Shown here in pieces: positions 11,251 to 25,300 of a stretch of 64,000 nt of DNA. How positions within the stretch are numbered: the stretch's first letter is position 1; each line of letters opens with the position of its first letter. A model generated the notes under the pieces. That model had not been told where the DNA came from. It saw nothing but the letters and a program-made list of their open reading frames with translations, and did not search any database. The translations under genes were made by a program, and so were the position numbers. Source of the stretch: Geosiphon pyriformis uo1 (lineage: Eukaryota; Fungi; Glomeromycota); the NCBI GenBank assembly GCA_016748015.1, contig JAAOMT010000436.1, forward strand, positions 1,002,033-1,066,032, in the 5' to 3' direction.

Positions 11251-12120
11251 TGTTACTCATAGAAATATAGGGAATATATATTAGCATAGTTATTAACCAA
11301 TTAGGAGTAAATATAGTAAAATATAGAATTCCAGGATTTCTTTCAGGAATTGCAGGATTCCAAGAATTACAGGATTCCAAGAATTACAGGATTCTCACAA
11401 GAAATTGCAGGATTCCAGAATTCCAGGATTCCTCTCAAAAGAATTGCAGGATTTCAGGAATTCCAGAATTCCTATTGTGAAGAATTGAGAAATTGAGGAA
11501 TCTTAATTATGTATATATAGCAGTAGAATTAGAAGCTAAAAAGACAGATCTCTCAGTTTAGATTTCATCTAGACAACTTTCCAAACCACAAATAAATAAC
11601 TGTTTGTTATCTCAAATCTGCTGCCACTATTAACACTTCATGTTGATAGTAATTGATACTTAACTACACTGAAATAATAGCTCTTGATTATGGCTATTGA
11701 CAGAATACTAACTTGCAAATTGCCTTGGCTTATTTCTTTTTTTTTCTTTATTTTTTGCTTTAATTTTATTGTTGTTTACTAACTCTATTGAGGATTAACA
11801 CACAGGGTACTGACATCAAGATAAATGTGACTGGTAAAAGACCCAGAAATAAGGGTAGAACACTCGATTAAGGATAGCTTACCAGGAAGAATACTGGCCA
11901 TTAAGCTGAGAAAAAAATTGATGAAACTGCGGTTTTGGGAAGCTACAGATAAAACTATTACCATTGAATCTCTGTCTATTATACAAAAAACTCAACCAAA
12001 CTCTTTGAATACAAACCTGTCAGACACAAACTTTTAGATCACTATAAACTGCAACTAGATTTGAGCACCAAGTTATGAGTTTGTTATCTAATCCAACACC
12101 AAAAATAATCACCTGTAACA
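11251..12120 (+). repeat. 5' LTR of B1
   Basis: TGTTACTCAT...CCTGTAACA; internal GCAGGATTCCAAGAATT-type tandem repeats; TATATATA box near 11512. Confidence 0.95.
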
Positions 12121-12122
12121 TT

Positions 12123-12139
12123 TGGTGCTCTCTGTGAGG
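12123..12139 (+). promoter_or_regulatory. Primer-binding site, B1
   Basis: TGGTGCTCTCTGTGAGG begins 2 nt after the LTR. Confidence 0.85.
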
Positions 12140-12181
12140 TATAATCTTACAGAAAACCAATACCAACAACCCTATCCAAAA

Positions 12182-15100
12182 GTGGCAGAATCAGAAAACA
12201 TTAGAGCAAACCATCTAGAATTCGCAAAATCCTTATTTCAACATTACTGTCAATATTTGGGATTAACTCATAATCACATATCAGCAGAATCAGCTTTTAA
12301 TTTCTATGTCAACGAAAAGATTGCCTATCTGTTGAGAACATTGTTACCAGACGAAATTAGAGATATTATTTAGCATGAAATTATCTTATAATTTCTATCA
12401 TTAATTAGCATATATTATCATTTTTGATCACTTATTATATTAGCAAAAATGTCCGAAATTATCATTTAATTAATAACCCAAATTGTACACAACACCAATG
12501 TAACCTAATTGCGAAGATCAATCATGCAATACCCTGAACTATGTAACATTCAAAAAGTTTACCGAAATTTGTAGAAATTCGCCAAAATAATTGATAGTTC
12601 ACCGAAATATCTAATAGTTCGCCAAAATAACTTATAGTTTGCCGAAATGTATCTTTAGTTCAACGAAATTGTAGAAAATAGCAAAGTTCGAATTCATAGA
12701 ATAGTGTTACGACAAGTTGTATAAAAGAAGAGCTTCTCTCTTCGAGAAAATGTATCTTACCTTAGATTTATCTCTTAAAAACCATTCCTATACACACAAA
12801 AAGAAATAAATATTAAATAATTCGAAAAACCAAATTCTTTAATTATTGTACTTGGAAAATCCCCAAAACCCAACTAACATTTTGAAATTGATTAGCTACC
12901 AATTTTAGTAAACTGTTAGTGACTCCAGGCCTGGATAGAAAACGTTTCTCTTGACAAAATTCTATTTCTTTTACATTTCTTTTATTTTCTTTTATTTTTC
13001 TTATTATAATCATTAGAGTAGCCTACAGACGAGATTCCTGTAGAAGAGTTGACTTTCATAGCAAAGTAACTACACATTTTTTAGTGAGCTTCCAGACGAG
13101 CAATTCCTGGGAAAGAGTTGACGTTTACTACAACGTAACTACATAAAGCAACTGGTATGGAATTGGCCATTTCACTCATAAGCCCAGCAAGTTCAAATTA
13201 TAGGAGATAATTTGAAGATAAATTCAGTTACTGTAGGTTCAACCACATCCAGAAAATGTGAATTCACAACAAATAAGCATCAACAACATTTAAGAAAAAA
13301 GACCAAAAACCTCCAGTAACAACATCTATAAATATTGAATCAGCGAGAGAAACTTTTTACAATGAATTAATTCAAAACACCACTCTATCCACAAATCATA
13401 ATTTTGCATCCATCATCACTGAGATCAACAAAGAAATTGAACACCATATACAGCAAAGATACCCAATTACTTATGCAAATAAAGGCAAAGAAAAACTACA
13501 GATACCAGCAGTAACATCTCAAAAGATACAACCACCCACTTGGAAGAAAACTAGAGTTGAGTCCCCAAACAACTCATCCTACCACTATATCCTTAGAAGT
13601 GCCATCAATATATTATCAACAAATACATTTATATTAAACGTGACATCAGCATTTGGATGTTTCCCATTCCAAAGTAAACAAAGGAAAGAGAATCTATTAA
13701 GATCATACAACGAGTATTTTGAAGGATTTAAATCTTGATCACCAATATCATTAGGATTTTAATCACTGCCACCTCAACCAAATTTTGGAATTGCGAGTCC
13801 TTGGGAAATTACTGAATTGGAAGGAGAACAAGAAGTAAAAGAGGAAGAAAAATCTGAGGATCAAGAATTTATTTACCAAAACCCAATCCTAGAAAATCTA
13901 GAAATTGAAACCCAAAACTTTCAAACCCAGCCCAATTTAGACAATTCGGAAAATAACACTTTGAATATTTAAATCTCACCAAATCAGAACAATTCAAACC
14001 CTGAAGTAATTAATCAACACTTACTTCCAGTTATTGTTATCAATCAACCACCCATTGAACCAATTGGCCAGTCCATCCAACCACTGAACCAACAAAATCA
14101 ACAACTACCACCAGTACCGCCCCAACAACAACAACAACTTCTATCACCACAGCAACAACAAATGGCTTATGCACCTATCGCGAAACTCAACAAATTCAAT
14201 GGTGAAGAAAATGATGCCCAAGTCTGGTTAAATAATGTGGCCAAAGCCATTACAGCCAATAATTGGAATGATGCTAGAGTGATGCAAGTGATTCCTTATT
14301 TTTTCTAGGATACTGCTAATATATGGTATTAAAGTCTTGCTGTCAAACCCCAAAATTTTAATGGATTCAAAACTGAATTCTTGTGGTACTTTAGCAACAA
14401 TAATAGTATCAACAAATTAGCCAACACCTTTACAACTATCAAACAAGAAGATACAGAAGCAGTCACCACTTACTTGGGACGCTTTCATAGAAATCTATGC
14501 CAAATACAAGCCATCTAAGCTGACTATTTCACAGTGCCACAGATTTTAAATCAATTTATTAGAGGATTGTGCAGTAGCATCCTACAACGAGTACGTCCAA
14601 TACATCCAGTGGATCTTTCAACTGCAGTTACCTATGCCAGGGATTTTGAAGCAGCTAAACTAGAAGCTAATCACACTCAAGCTATGAATCTAGCAATGAA
14701 TGGATCATCTGAATTGGATTCCAAATTAAAGCAATTCAGTGATTCAATTAATCAAAAATTAAAGAGATACTTAGCTAACAATCGCACAATTTATCAAACC
14801 TCTCAATGGTGTAACAATCAGGGAAACGCGAATCATTTCCAAAATCAGTCACATCTATCGTTGTCATCCAATCAGTTATGGCAGCCAGAGATGCACATCT
14901 GCCACAACTGTGGTAAACAAGGGCACATCAGAGCCAATTGCCATACTTATAGCAATCCACAATTAGGAAATCAATATAGAAACCCTGATCGCTGGTTTCA
15001 GACTCCGAACCATCACCCGAATCAAGACCAATACCAACTCACTTATCTGCCTATGACACACCAACCAATTTATCAACCGCCAGTTTATCAAACTCCAGTT

Positions 15101-18100
15101 TATCAATCACAGCCACAAGTAATTTATCAGGCGCAGCCACAAGTAATATATCAACCACAGCCACCAGCAATCTATCAAACACCCACTATTTAAACACTAC
15201 CAATAAACTCAGCTCAAATGACATTAGGGAACCCAAAATTGAGAATCACCCAAAACTGGAAATCAGTGATGGTTGTACATCAACTGATCCCCAGCTCTTC
15301 TTACCAATAATCAAGATTTTGTCAGTGGAATTCGGGCACCAGTCCCACCCAAAACCCGAATTCCCAACACTATTTAAGCCTTCTGGTGACTCCAGAAGAC
15401 GCCACATCCAGCAATCTGGGAATAGAACAACAACAATCACCTACCAATAATATTCCACCTGCTACAATCACTGAAAATGAATCTTTGGATGCCATCTTTC
15501 CATTCGAACTCGAAGAACTGTCAAAAGTGCCATTATTCAATAGAGTTGTACTTGAAAAGAAACTGATCATTGCCATGTATACTGATGTCAAGATTGATGA
15601 CCACTCTATCAAATTAATCCTGAACAGTGGTTTAGCAGACAGCATCATCACATGACAACTTATGGATCAATTAGATCACCGAGTTGATTGTGCTGCCAGC
15701 ACCAAAATTATCACTACTAATGGAGCCATCAAAACTCCAATTGGTAAAATTGATAACTTTCCAATTGAAGTCAATGGCATTATAGTACCCATCAAAGTTC
15801 TGGTAATAGAAGCCACCCAATACCAAGCTTTAATTGGTAATGACTGGCTATCCAAAACCAACACCATACTTGATTGGACAACTTAAGAACTAGTACTCAG
15901 CCAGAATGGTCAACACACGTGAGTATCAGCAATGTATGGTCACTTCAAAGCTACCAATACCACAGCACCACTAATTGACTTCGAAGAAAAAAAACCAAAA
16001 TCTACTTGGGAAGCATATCAAGTCTTATGGGCCAATGAAGAACACAACAAACTGCCACCAATACTCTCATGGGACAACAATGGCAAAGGAAAACAGAAGA
16101 GAACAGAACCTACCTGGAACGCAGACCAAGCCTAGGACACTGACCACGACTTAGAAGAATCACCCAGCTGGGAATAAGATAAGAAAGAAAAAGGGAAAGG
16201 AAAAGCAAAGGAAGAAGAGCCACTACCAACTGTCAGTTACATTCCTTATACATATATACCACCACAATTATTGAGCTATCACCAACCAAAGCTCATATGC
16301 GTCGATTGCAACAAAAAATTGTCATCAATAGGCACATGCTATGGCAATGACAAGAAATACCAGATGGCAACTAAGTTCTATTGCCATGCATGCCTTATCA
16401 AATACTTTGGAAGACCAAAACAAGTGAGAAAATGGGATAATACACCATGTTTAGCTTGTGGGAAAACTCTTCTCGATGAAGGAATGTGAAACAACATTCC
16501 TGGGAGAGAAGGAACATGCAATAAAACCTGTTAGTATACAATACTAATTAATGATTGGGTATGCAAAAAAACACCAATCGACAACACCTGGAAATGAATG
16601 TTACAACAATTGGAAAAATATCCACATGACGAACATGAACTCTGGAGAATGGCGAGTGTGAAAGTAAAAAGTACGACAACCAGTGAACTACTAGAAATCA
16701 AAAACAACTCCCTATCTCTGCCTGAACTGAAATACGTCCTAATGTTCGATGTATTTGGCAACATTGAGGATGATCTGGAAAAATTCCACAAGCACTATCA
16801 ATGGTTGGCACTTACTCGAGAAAAACAAAAACAATGGTTGGAAGATATAAACACTCGACTATGTGACCACTGTTTGATTTCATGTGACTTTCAATTCTGT
16901 AATAAGTGTAACTTCATCTATAATTCACCACCATGCATGATCTACACAATCCCTAAAGAGGAAAAACCAATTAGCAGCTGTGCATCAAAATCGGAATCAC
17001 CATTTGATCCCGATTCAAACTCCAACAATGACGATGACAAAAACACTGGTTCTAGCTCTGTTCAATATAGCAAGAACAATGACAATGATTCCAACTCAGA
17101 TTTAAACCCTGATCTAAACTATAAACAATATATTGCACTTTCTGATCTCACCAAGAAACAGGAACTTAAATGGTTCAGCGATAATAATGAAGGTATTATG
17201 CCAGAACGTACACATGATACCAATGCTGGGTTTGATCTGAAGTATCCAGAAAAAGATGCCATCCAATTGGAACCACATTTACGCACCTGCATTGATTTGA
17301 AGATAGTACTGGAAATTCCGGCAACAATAATGGTTCAATTAGCATCTAGGAGTAGTCTAGTGAAAAGAGGAATAAATATCAAAGGAGGAATAATTGACAT
17401 GGAATATGTAAAAAATATTATCGTCATGCTACAAAATGACTTAGAAAAAGCCTATATCATAGAGCCAAATAAAAAGATAACACAAGCAATCTTCTTGCTT
17501 TTGGTTAAAGTGGCTCAATTAGTGTCAGTAGGAAACAGAAAAGAATTAGGAATAACAGCAAGAGGGATATAGGGATTTAGATCCACAGGTAGAATAGATG
17601 TATCAGTTAATATGGTGAAGGAAAAAATTATTGGCCAAGAAGAAATTATTTTAACTGGTCAAACAATTTCTATTCTACTATATAGCTGATACATGTTAGC
17701 AATAGAAAAGAGAGAAAAGAAGCAAGAACAGATTTTTGAAGCAGAAGCAATCCTTTGTGAATCAGAAGAAATTGGATTTATCAATCTATACATACTAGCC
17801 AAGAGCCATAACCATATCAAAATTCCCATTTACAACAACACCAGAAATGTTGTAGAGATACTAGAAGGAACCATTCTCAAATATTTAACCATGAAAATTG
17901 AAGATCAAGTACTAAGCAGCATTCCAGATTTTCCACAGCTTTGTGGATATGTGGACATTATATCACAAACCATCTACAGACGAAACGAATATTATCTGTT
18001 ACAGCCAGAACAATTGGAACAGATAAACATGAGAAATTTAGACCCACTTCAACAAATGCAACTAAAAATGTTATTCAATAATTTCAATAACATCTTCATC

Positions 18101-19423
18101 AGTGAAAACAAATTTGGCAGAACTGATATTATCTAGCATCAGATCAAGACTGGAGATACAATGTCAATCAAACAGTGAGCATATAGGGTACCACCAGCCA
18201 GCCATGAAATCATCCATTAAGAGATCAACCGAATGCTTAACAATGGGTTAATTCAGTCATCAATAAGCCTATGGTTGTTACCAGTAGTACTTGTCCATAA
18301 GAAGAATGGAAAAATCCGATTTTGTGTAGACTACAGGAAACTCAATGGTGTAACTTGTGGAGACAGCTATTTAACTTCACAGATACAAGAACTATTTGAT
18401 GCTTTTGGTGGAAACAAATAGTTCTTAATGTTAGATTTAGATAGTGGTTACTGGCAAGTAGCCATAGATTCAGCCGACAAAGAAAAAATGGTGTTCACTA
18501 CAAGAGAAGAAAACTTTGAGTTTGAAGTTATGCCATTCAGCTTAACCAATGCTCCAGCTATATTCCAATGGTTAATGGAAATTGTGTACACCAGCTTATT
18601 GTGGAAATCAGTAGTTGTCTACTTGGATAATACTAATGTGTTCTCAAAAACATTCAATGATCATCTACATTATCTCCAACAAGTGTTCGAAAGACTATGA
18701 TAAGCAAGATTAAAATTAAATGCAACAAAGTGTTTTTTTGGCAAAACAGAACTAAAATTTTTGGAACACATAGTTAGCAAAGACGGCATAAAAACAGATC
18801 TGGAGAAAATAGAGATAGTAAAGAACTTTCCAATACCAACCAACATAACCGAGCTGAAATCATTCTTGGGATTCATGAACTATTATAGACACTTCATAAA
18901 GAACTTTTCAAAGATAGCACAACCACTCAATGATCTTTAAACCAAAAATGCAAAGTATGAATGGATTGAAACCCAGCAAGAAGCATTTGATATCTTAAGA
19001 AGAAAGCTTATTCAAGCTCCAGTATTAATCTATCCAGATCATAGTAAACCATTCATTATTACTATTGATGTATCAGGTCAAGCATTGGAAGCAGTACTAT
19101 CTCAGAGAGGATTGGATGGAAGAGAACATCCAGTTACATATGCCAGCTGAGATTTGACTCCAGCCAAAAAGAACTATGGAACACCAGAATTAGAACATCT
19201 AGCAATCTATTGGGCAGTTATGAAATGGAAAGAATACTTGAGCCAAAAGTTTGAGGTGTACACAGATCACAAAGGATTGACATCACTCCAAAAACAAGAA
19301 TTTGGAGATGGAAGACAGTCAAGATAGAAAATGGCACTTTTGCCATATACTTATACCATACATTATAAAAAGAGAAAAGACAATGGAAATACTGACAGTT
19401 TGTCACAAATGAGACAAATCTAA
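12182..19423 (+). pseudogene. Gag-PR-Cys domain-dUTPase-RT-RNaseH polyprotein of B1 (one frame once the solo LTR is removed)
   Basis: All fragments from 12182 to 18428 are in frame after excising 12342-13325. Motifs: CHNCGKQGHIRANC knuckle, LILNSG protease, AGFDL/RSSL/GGIID dUTPase (~17165-17590), RFCVDYR, YLDN, RNase H. Ends DSLSQMRQI-TAA. Confidence 0.9.
12342..13321 (+). mobile_element. Solo LTR of family A with 4-bp TSD ACAT, inserted in B1 gag
   Basis: TGTTACCAG...CAGTAACA; ACAT at 12338-12341 and 13322-13325; reverse complement matches the family A LTRs. Confidence 0.93.
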
Positions 19424-19484
19424 AAACATTTCAACTCAAAAATATAATAAAACCAAAACAATACTCATGAAAATATAACAAAAG

Positions 19485-20864
19485 ATGAACACACAAAAAT
19501 ATCAACAATTTCAACATTATATAGATACTCAACAGTTTAAGAAGAAATTATCTCAATCAGAACAAAAGAGGATCAAACAACAATCCAAATATTTTATTAC
19601 TTACCAAAATATACTTTATTGGAAAAATAGAAAAGATGCAGATTAATCAACCAAAGTAATTACAGAACCAAAAAAAGAGACAATACTATTTAACATGCAC
19701 TCAGATTCAACTGCAGGACATTTTCATAAAGAAGCAATCATGGAAAGAACCAGAAAGAGATACTATTGGCCATCAATGTATCCAGATATCATCCAATATG
19801 TGCAAAATTGTGATGCTTGTCAAAGAAGAGAAAGAACAAGACCCAGCAAACTATTGAAACCAATCAAAGTGGGACAACCATTTGACCACATTGGAATCAA
19901 TTTAGTCGGACTATTAACAATTACCAGTAGAGACAACAGATATATTGCAGTAGCCATGAACTATCTTACTAAATGGCCAGAAGCCAAAGCAATTCAAAGA
20001 GTGGATGCAAAATCTATTGCCAAATTCGTCCATTAAGATTTGATTTGTCGACATGGATGTCCAAAAAAACTATTATCAGACCAAGAAACCCATTTTGTGA
20101 ATAGAATATTAGCAGAACTAAACCAAAGATTCGGAATTAAGAGACCACTATTATCACTATACTATTCACAAACCAATGGATTAGTTGAAAGATTTAATAA
20201 AACATTGTGTGAAGCAATAGCAAAACTCAGCCAAGAAAACCAGAATGAATGGAATTTGTTCATACCATCAGTATTATTTGCTTATCAGACAATGAAGCAA
20301 GACACCACACAAGCAATACCATTTGAATTGATATATAGTAGAACAGCAACATTACCAGTTGAGATAGAAATTAACACATATCCAACTGAACCAATAACAG
20401 AAGAGAATTTCCAAGAAACATTGTTAAGAAGAACATATAACTTAATAGAAACATTGGAAAACAAACAAAGAAGAGCAGCTGATAACATACAAAAGTCACA
20501 AGAGAAACAGAAAAAAAAACATGATAATTAACTACCAGACAAACCAGTTGAATTTAAGATTGAAGACAAAGTACTTTTACATCATACCAAAGTAGAAAAA
20601 CAATGGAGTGGAAAATTCAACTCCAAATAGAATGAACCATTTTACATAAAAGAAATTCTAGGGAATGGAGCTTACAAATTAAGACTAGATAAAATCTTAA
20701 CCAAAGCAGCACATGAAGATTGATTGAAACCATACCACAACATCATACCACCATCTATTAGTAATATTCCACAATTAGAAGTACAGAAGATACTAGTCCA
20801 ACCAAAGAAGATTCCACAAGATCTGGAACCAATCATCATCATTGACAACAACACATTAAATTAA
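19485..20864 (+). pseudogene. Integrase ORF of B1 (own ATG, different frame from RT-RH)
   Basis: ATG at 19485 (MNTQKYQQF); HSDSTAGH..CDAC, SDQE, NGLVERFN; ends LEPIIIIDNNTLN-TAA. Confidence 0.88.
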
Positions 20865-20888
20865 TTCATCAAAAGAATATATAAAGAC

Positions 20889-21470
20889 ATGGTAGATGTG
20901 ACAAGAAATATCAGAAAAATGAAAATCACAGACAACATCTATTCATTAGCACAACAACTCTTTCAATTGATTCAACACCAAGAGATAGAAATTACAATTA
21001 ATCAACAAACCATCCAATATCAAGACACTAGAAAGACATTGCCACATAAAACACAGAAGAAAACAGAAAATACCATTGACAAAATCATTGTGAAAGTAAA
21101 ATTAGCAATAAAAGAGTTAACAAAAGAGTCACTATACCAAAAGTTGACTAAAAAAACTTGGAATTAGTAGATACAACAATTTCCAAGAAACTATTGTTAT
21201 TTTTACTTGGGACAACACGTGAATATCCAGAATCTATATACAGATAAAACAAAGTGATTATTTGACACAAGAATATTACAACAATTAGAACATTTTGTAG
21301 AAAAGAACAACTTATCCACACAGGCCCAAGCCATATATTGAATACACACCAATGCTCAATTTGAAAAATTACAGACTCAAATAACACAAGTAATTCTCAA
21401 AAATGAAATTCAGGAAATACTTCAAGAAGAGAAATTAACAGAGTTAGATTTTGACAGAGCTCAATATTAA
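20889..21470 (+). pseudogene. ORF3 of B1
   Basis: MVDVTRN...IEITINQQTIQY...FPRNYCYFYLGQ...DFDRAQY-TAA, with internal stops; ends at the PPT. Confidence 0.75.
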
Positions 21471-21483
21471 AAGGAGGAAATAA

Positions 21484-22354
21484 TGTTACTCATAGAAATA
21501 TAGGGAATATATATTAGCATAGTTATTAACCAATCAGAAATAGACATAGTAAAATATGGAATTTCAGGATTCCTCTCAGGAATTGCAGGATTCTAAAAAT
21601 TACAGGATTCTCACAAGAAATTGCAGGATTCCATAATTCCAGGATTTCTCTCAAAGGAATTGCAAGATTTTAGGAATCCCAAGATTCCTGTTGTAAAGAA
21701 TTGAGAAATTGAGGAATCTCAATTATGTATATATAGCAGTAGGATTAGAAGCTAAAAAGACAGACCTCTTAGTTTAGATTTCATCTAAATAACTTTCCAA
21801 ACCACAAATAAATAACTGTTTGTTATCTTAAACCTGCTGCCACTATTAATACTTCATGTTGATAGTAATTGATACTTAACCACACTGAAACAATAGCTCT
21901 TGATTATGACTATTAATGGAATACTAACTTGCAAATTGCTTTGGCTTATTTATTTTCTTTCTTTATTTTCTTTTCTTTTCTTTATTTTTTGCTTTGATTT
22001 TATTGTTGTTTACAAACTCTATTGAGGATTAACACACAGAGTACTAATATCAGGATAAACGTGATTGGTAAAAGACCCAGAAATAAGGATAGAATGCTCA
22101 ATTGAGAATAGCTTACCAGAAGGAATACCGGCCATCAAGCTAAGAAAGAAATTGACAAAACTGCGGTTTCGGGAAGCTACAGATAAAACTATTACCATTA
22201 AATCTCTGTCCATTATACAAAGAACTTAACCAAACCCTTTGGATACAAACCTGTTAGACACAAACCTTCAGATCACTATCAACTGCAACTAGATTTGAGC
22301 ACTAAGTTATGGGTTTGTTATCTAATCCAATACCAGAAATAGTCACCTGTAATA
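21484..22354 (+). repeat. 3' LTR of B1
   Basis: Direct repeat of 11251-12120; terminal CA mutated to TA. Confidence 0.95.
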
Positions 22355-25300
22355 GTATTTTCCATTTTCTTTTGTACTTTGTATTAAGGTATTTTCTTGG
22401 TATCTCTGTATCTAATAGTTTGTTGATTGATAGTAATTTCTATATTCCGTTGTTGGATTAATTGGAAAAGTTGTTGTGTTAGTGAATGAATGTTGTCAGT
22501 AATTTCTATTTTGCTGATGTCTTTTGTCACATTTATCATGTCTTTTTTATATTATTTTATTTGTTCAATTCGATGTGTTTGATTTAATGATTATTATTGA
22601 TTCCAGATCTTATGGAATCTCATCTGGTTGGACTAGTATTTGTTGTACTCTTAATTGTGAAATATCATTGGTAGATAATAATGCTATATAGTAATATAAT
22701 TTCAGTTGATCACTATGTGCTGCTTTGGTTAAGATTTTGTTGTTTAACCTCAATTTATAAGCTCTATTTCCAAGAATTTTTTCTATGTGAAATGGTCTGT
22801 TCCATTTGGGATCAAATTTTCCACTTCATTGTTTTTCTGCTTTAATACAATGTAGAAGTACTTTGTCTCCAATCTTGAATTCAACTGGTTTCTCTGGTAG
22901 TTGGTTATTATGTCTCTCTTTTTGTTTTTCTTGTGACTTTTGGATGTTATTAGCTGCTCTTTGCTGTGTGTTTTCTAATGTCTCTATTAAGTTATATGTT
23001 TTTCTCAACAATGTTCTTTGAAAATTCTCTTCTGTTATTGGTTCTGTTGAATATGTTTGTATTTCTATTTCCACTGGTAATGTTGCTGTTCTACCATATA
23101 CTAATTCAAATGGTGTTGTTTGTGTAGTATCTTGTCTCATTGTTCGATAAGCAAATAATACTGATGGTATGAACAAATCTTATTTGTCTTGATTTTTTTG
23201 GCTGATTTTGGCAATTGCTTCACACAATGTTCTATTGAATCTTTTAACTAATTTGTTGGTTTGTAGATGGTATGATAATAACAATAGTCTTTTAATTCCA
23301 AATCTTTGACTTAATTCTTCTAATGTTCTATTCACAAAATAGGTTATTTGATCTGATAATAGTTCTTTTAAACATCTGTATTGACAAATTAAATCTTGAT
23401 AAATAAATTCGGCAATGGATTTTGCATCTGCTCTTTGAATAGCTTTTGCTTTTGGGCATTTTGTGAGATAATCTATGACTACTGCAATATATCTGTTGTC
23501 TCTGCTGGTGATTGTTAATGGTCCCACTAAGTCAATTCCAATGTAATCAAATGGTTGTCCCACTTTGATTGGTCTCAATGGTTCACTGGGTTTTGTTCCA
23601 TCTTTTTTTTGGCAAGCATTACAATTTTGAACATATTGAATGATATTTAGATACATTGATGGCCAATAGTATCTTTTTCTGGTTCTTTTTATGGTTGTTT
23701 CTTTATGAAAATGGCCTGCTGTTGGATCTGAGTGCATGTTGAATAATATTGTCTCTTTCTCTGGTTCTGTGATTACTCTGGTTGGTTGATCTGGATTTTT
23801 TTTGTTTTTCTGGTAAAGTATATTTTGATGGTTAATAAAATATTTTGATTGTTGTTTTATATTTTTTTGTTCTTTTTGAGATAATTTTTTCTTGAACAAT
23901 TGGGTATTTATATAATATTGGAGTTGTTGGTATTTTTGTATATTTATTTTTTGTTATATTTTTGGGTTGAAATGTTTTTAGATTTGTCTCATTTGTAACA
24001 ATCTGTCAGCATTTCTGTTTTTTTTTCCTTTTTTATAATGTACTGTATAATTAAATGGTGAAAGTTCTATTTTCCATCTAGCATGACAATTGTCTGCAAA
24101 TTTTTGTTTCTGGATTGAAGTCAATCCTTTATGGTCAGTATACACATTAAACTTTTGACTCAAGTATTTTTTTCATTTGATGACAGCCCAATAAATAGCT
24201 AAGTGTTCCAGTGTTGAAGTTCCATAGTTCTTTTCAGCTGGACTTAAGCTTCTACTGGTATAAGCTATTGGATGCTCTCTTCCATCCAGTTTTCTCTAAT
24301 AGTACTGCTCTAAAGCTTGGCCTAATGCATTGGTAATAATGATGAATGGTTTGCTGTGATCTGAATACATTAACACTAGAGCTTGAATAAGCTTTCTTCT
24401 TAGTGTATCAAACACTTCTTGTTGAGTTTCTGTCCATTTATACTTTATATTCTTAGTTTGTAAATGATGAAGTGGCTGAGCCAGTTTAAAAAAGTTTTTG
24501 ATAAAACAGTGATAATATCCAGCAAATTCCAAGAATGCTCTTAGTTTTGTCAAGTTGGTTGGTACTAGAAAGTTTTTTATTATTGCAATCTTATCTGGAT
24601 CCATTTTGATACCATTTTTGCTTACAACATGTCCCAAAAACTTAAGTTCTGTTTTTCCAAAGAAGCATTTATTGGCATTTAGTTTTAATCCTGCTCATCT
24701 GAGTCTTTCAAATACTTGTTGGAAATGATGTAGATGATCATCAAATGTCTTTGAGAACACATTGGTGTCATTCAAGTATATGACTACTGATTTCTATAGT
24801 AGTCCAGTATAGACAATTTTTATAAGTCACTGGAAAGTGACTGAAGCATTCATCAAGCCAAATGGCATAACCTCAAATTCGAAATTTTCTTCTTATGTTG
24901 TGAAAACTGTTTTTTTTTTATCTTCTGGTTTTATGGCTACTTGTCAATAACCACTGTTTAAGTCTAATGTTGAGAACCATTTCTTTCCTCCAAAAGCATT
25001 GAACAATTCCTGGATCTTTGGAGTTGAGTAGCTATCTCCTTTAATTACTTTATTCAATTTCCTATAATCCATACAAAAACGGATTTTCTCATTTTTCTTA
25101 CAGACTAGTACCACTGGTAATGACCATGAGCTCATTGATGATTGAATTAACTTGTTGTCAAGCATCCAATTGATTTCCTGACAAATGATCTTATGACTAG
25201 TTGGTAGTACTCTGTATGTTCTCTGTTTAATTGGCATCATATCTCCAGTCTTGATTTGATGCTGTATGATGTCAATTCTGCCAAATTTATTTTTACTGAC

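Larger units (their letters stand above)
11251..22354 (+). mobile_element. Full-length degenerate Ty3/Gypsy element B1 (dUTPase-bearing), inserted into ORF3 of element B2
   Basis: LTRs 11251-12120 and 21484-22354, PBS TGGTGCTCTCTGTGAGG, PPT AAAAGGAGGAAATAA, complete domain order. Confidence 0.93.

Noticed and set aside
11325-11500. Short repeats resembling a CRISPR array (also 1955-2060)
   Set aside because: Degenerate tandem units with no unique spacers, located inside LTR U3; no cas genes; eukaryotic context.
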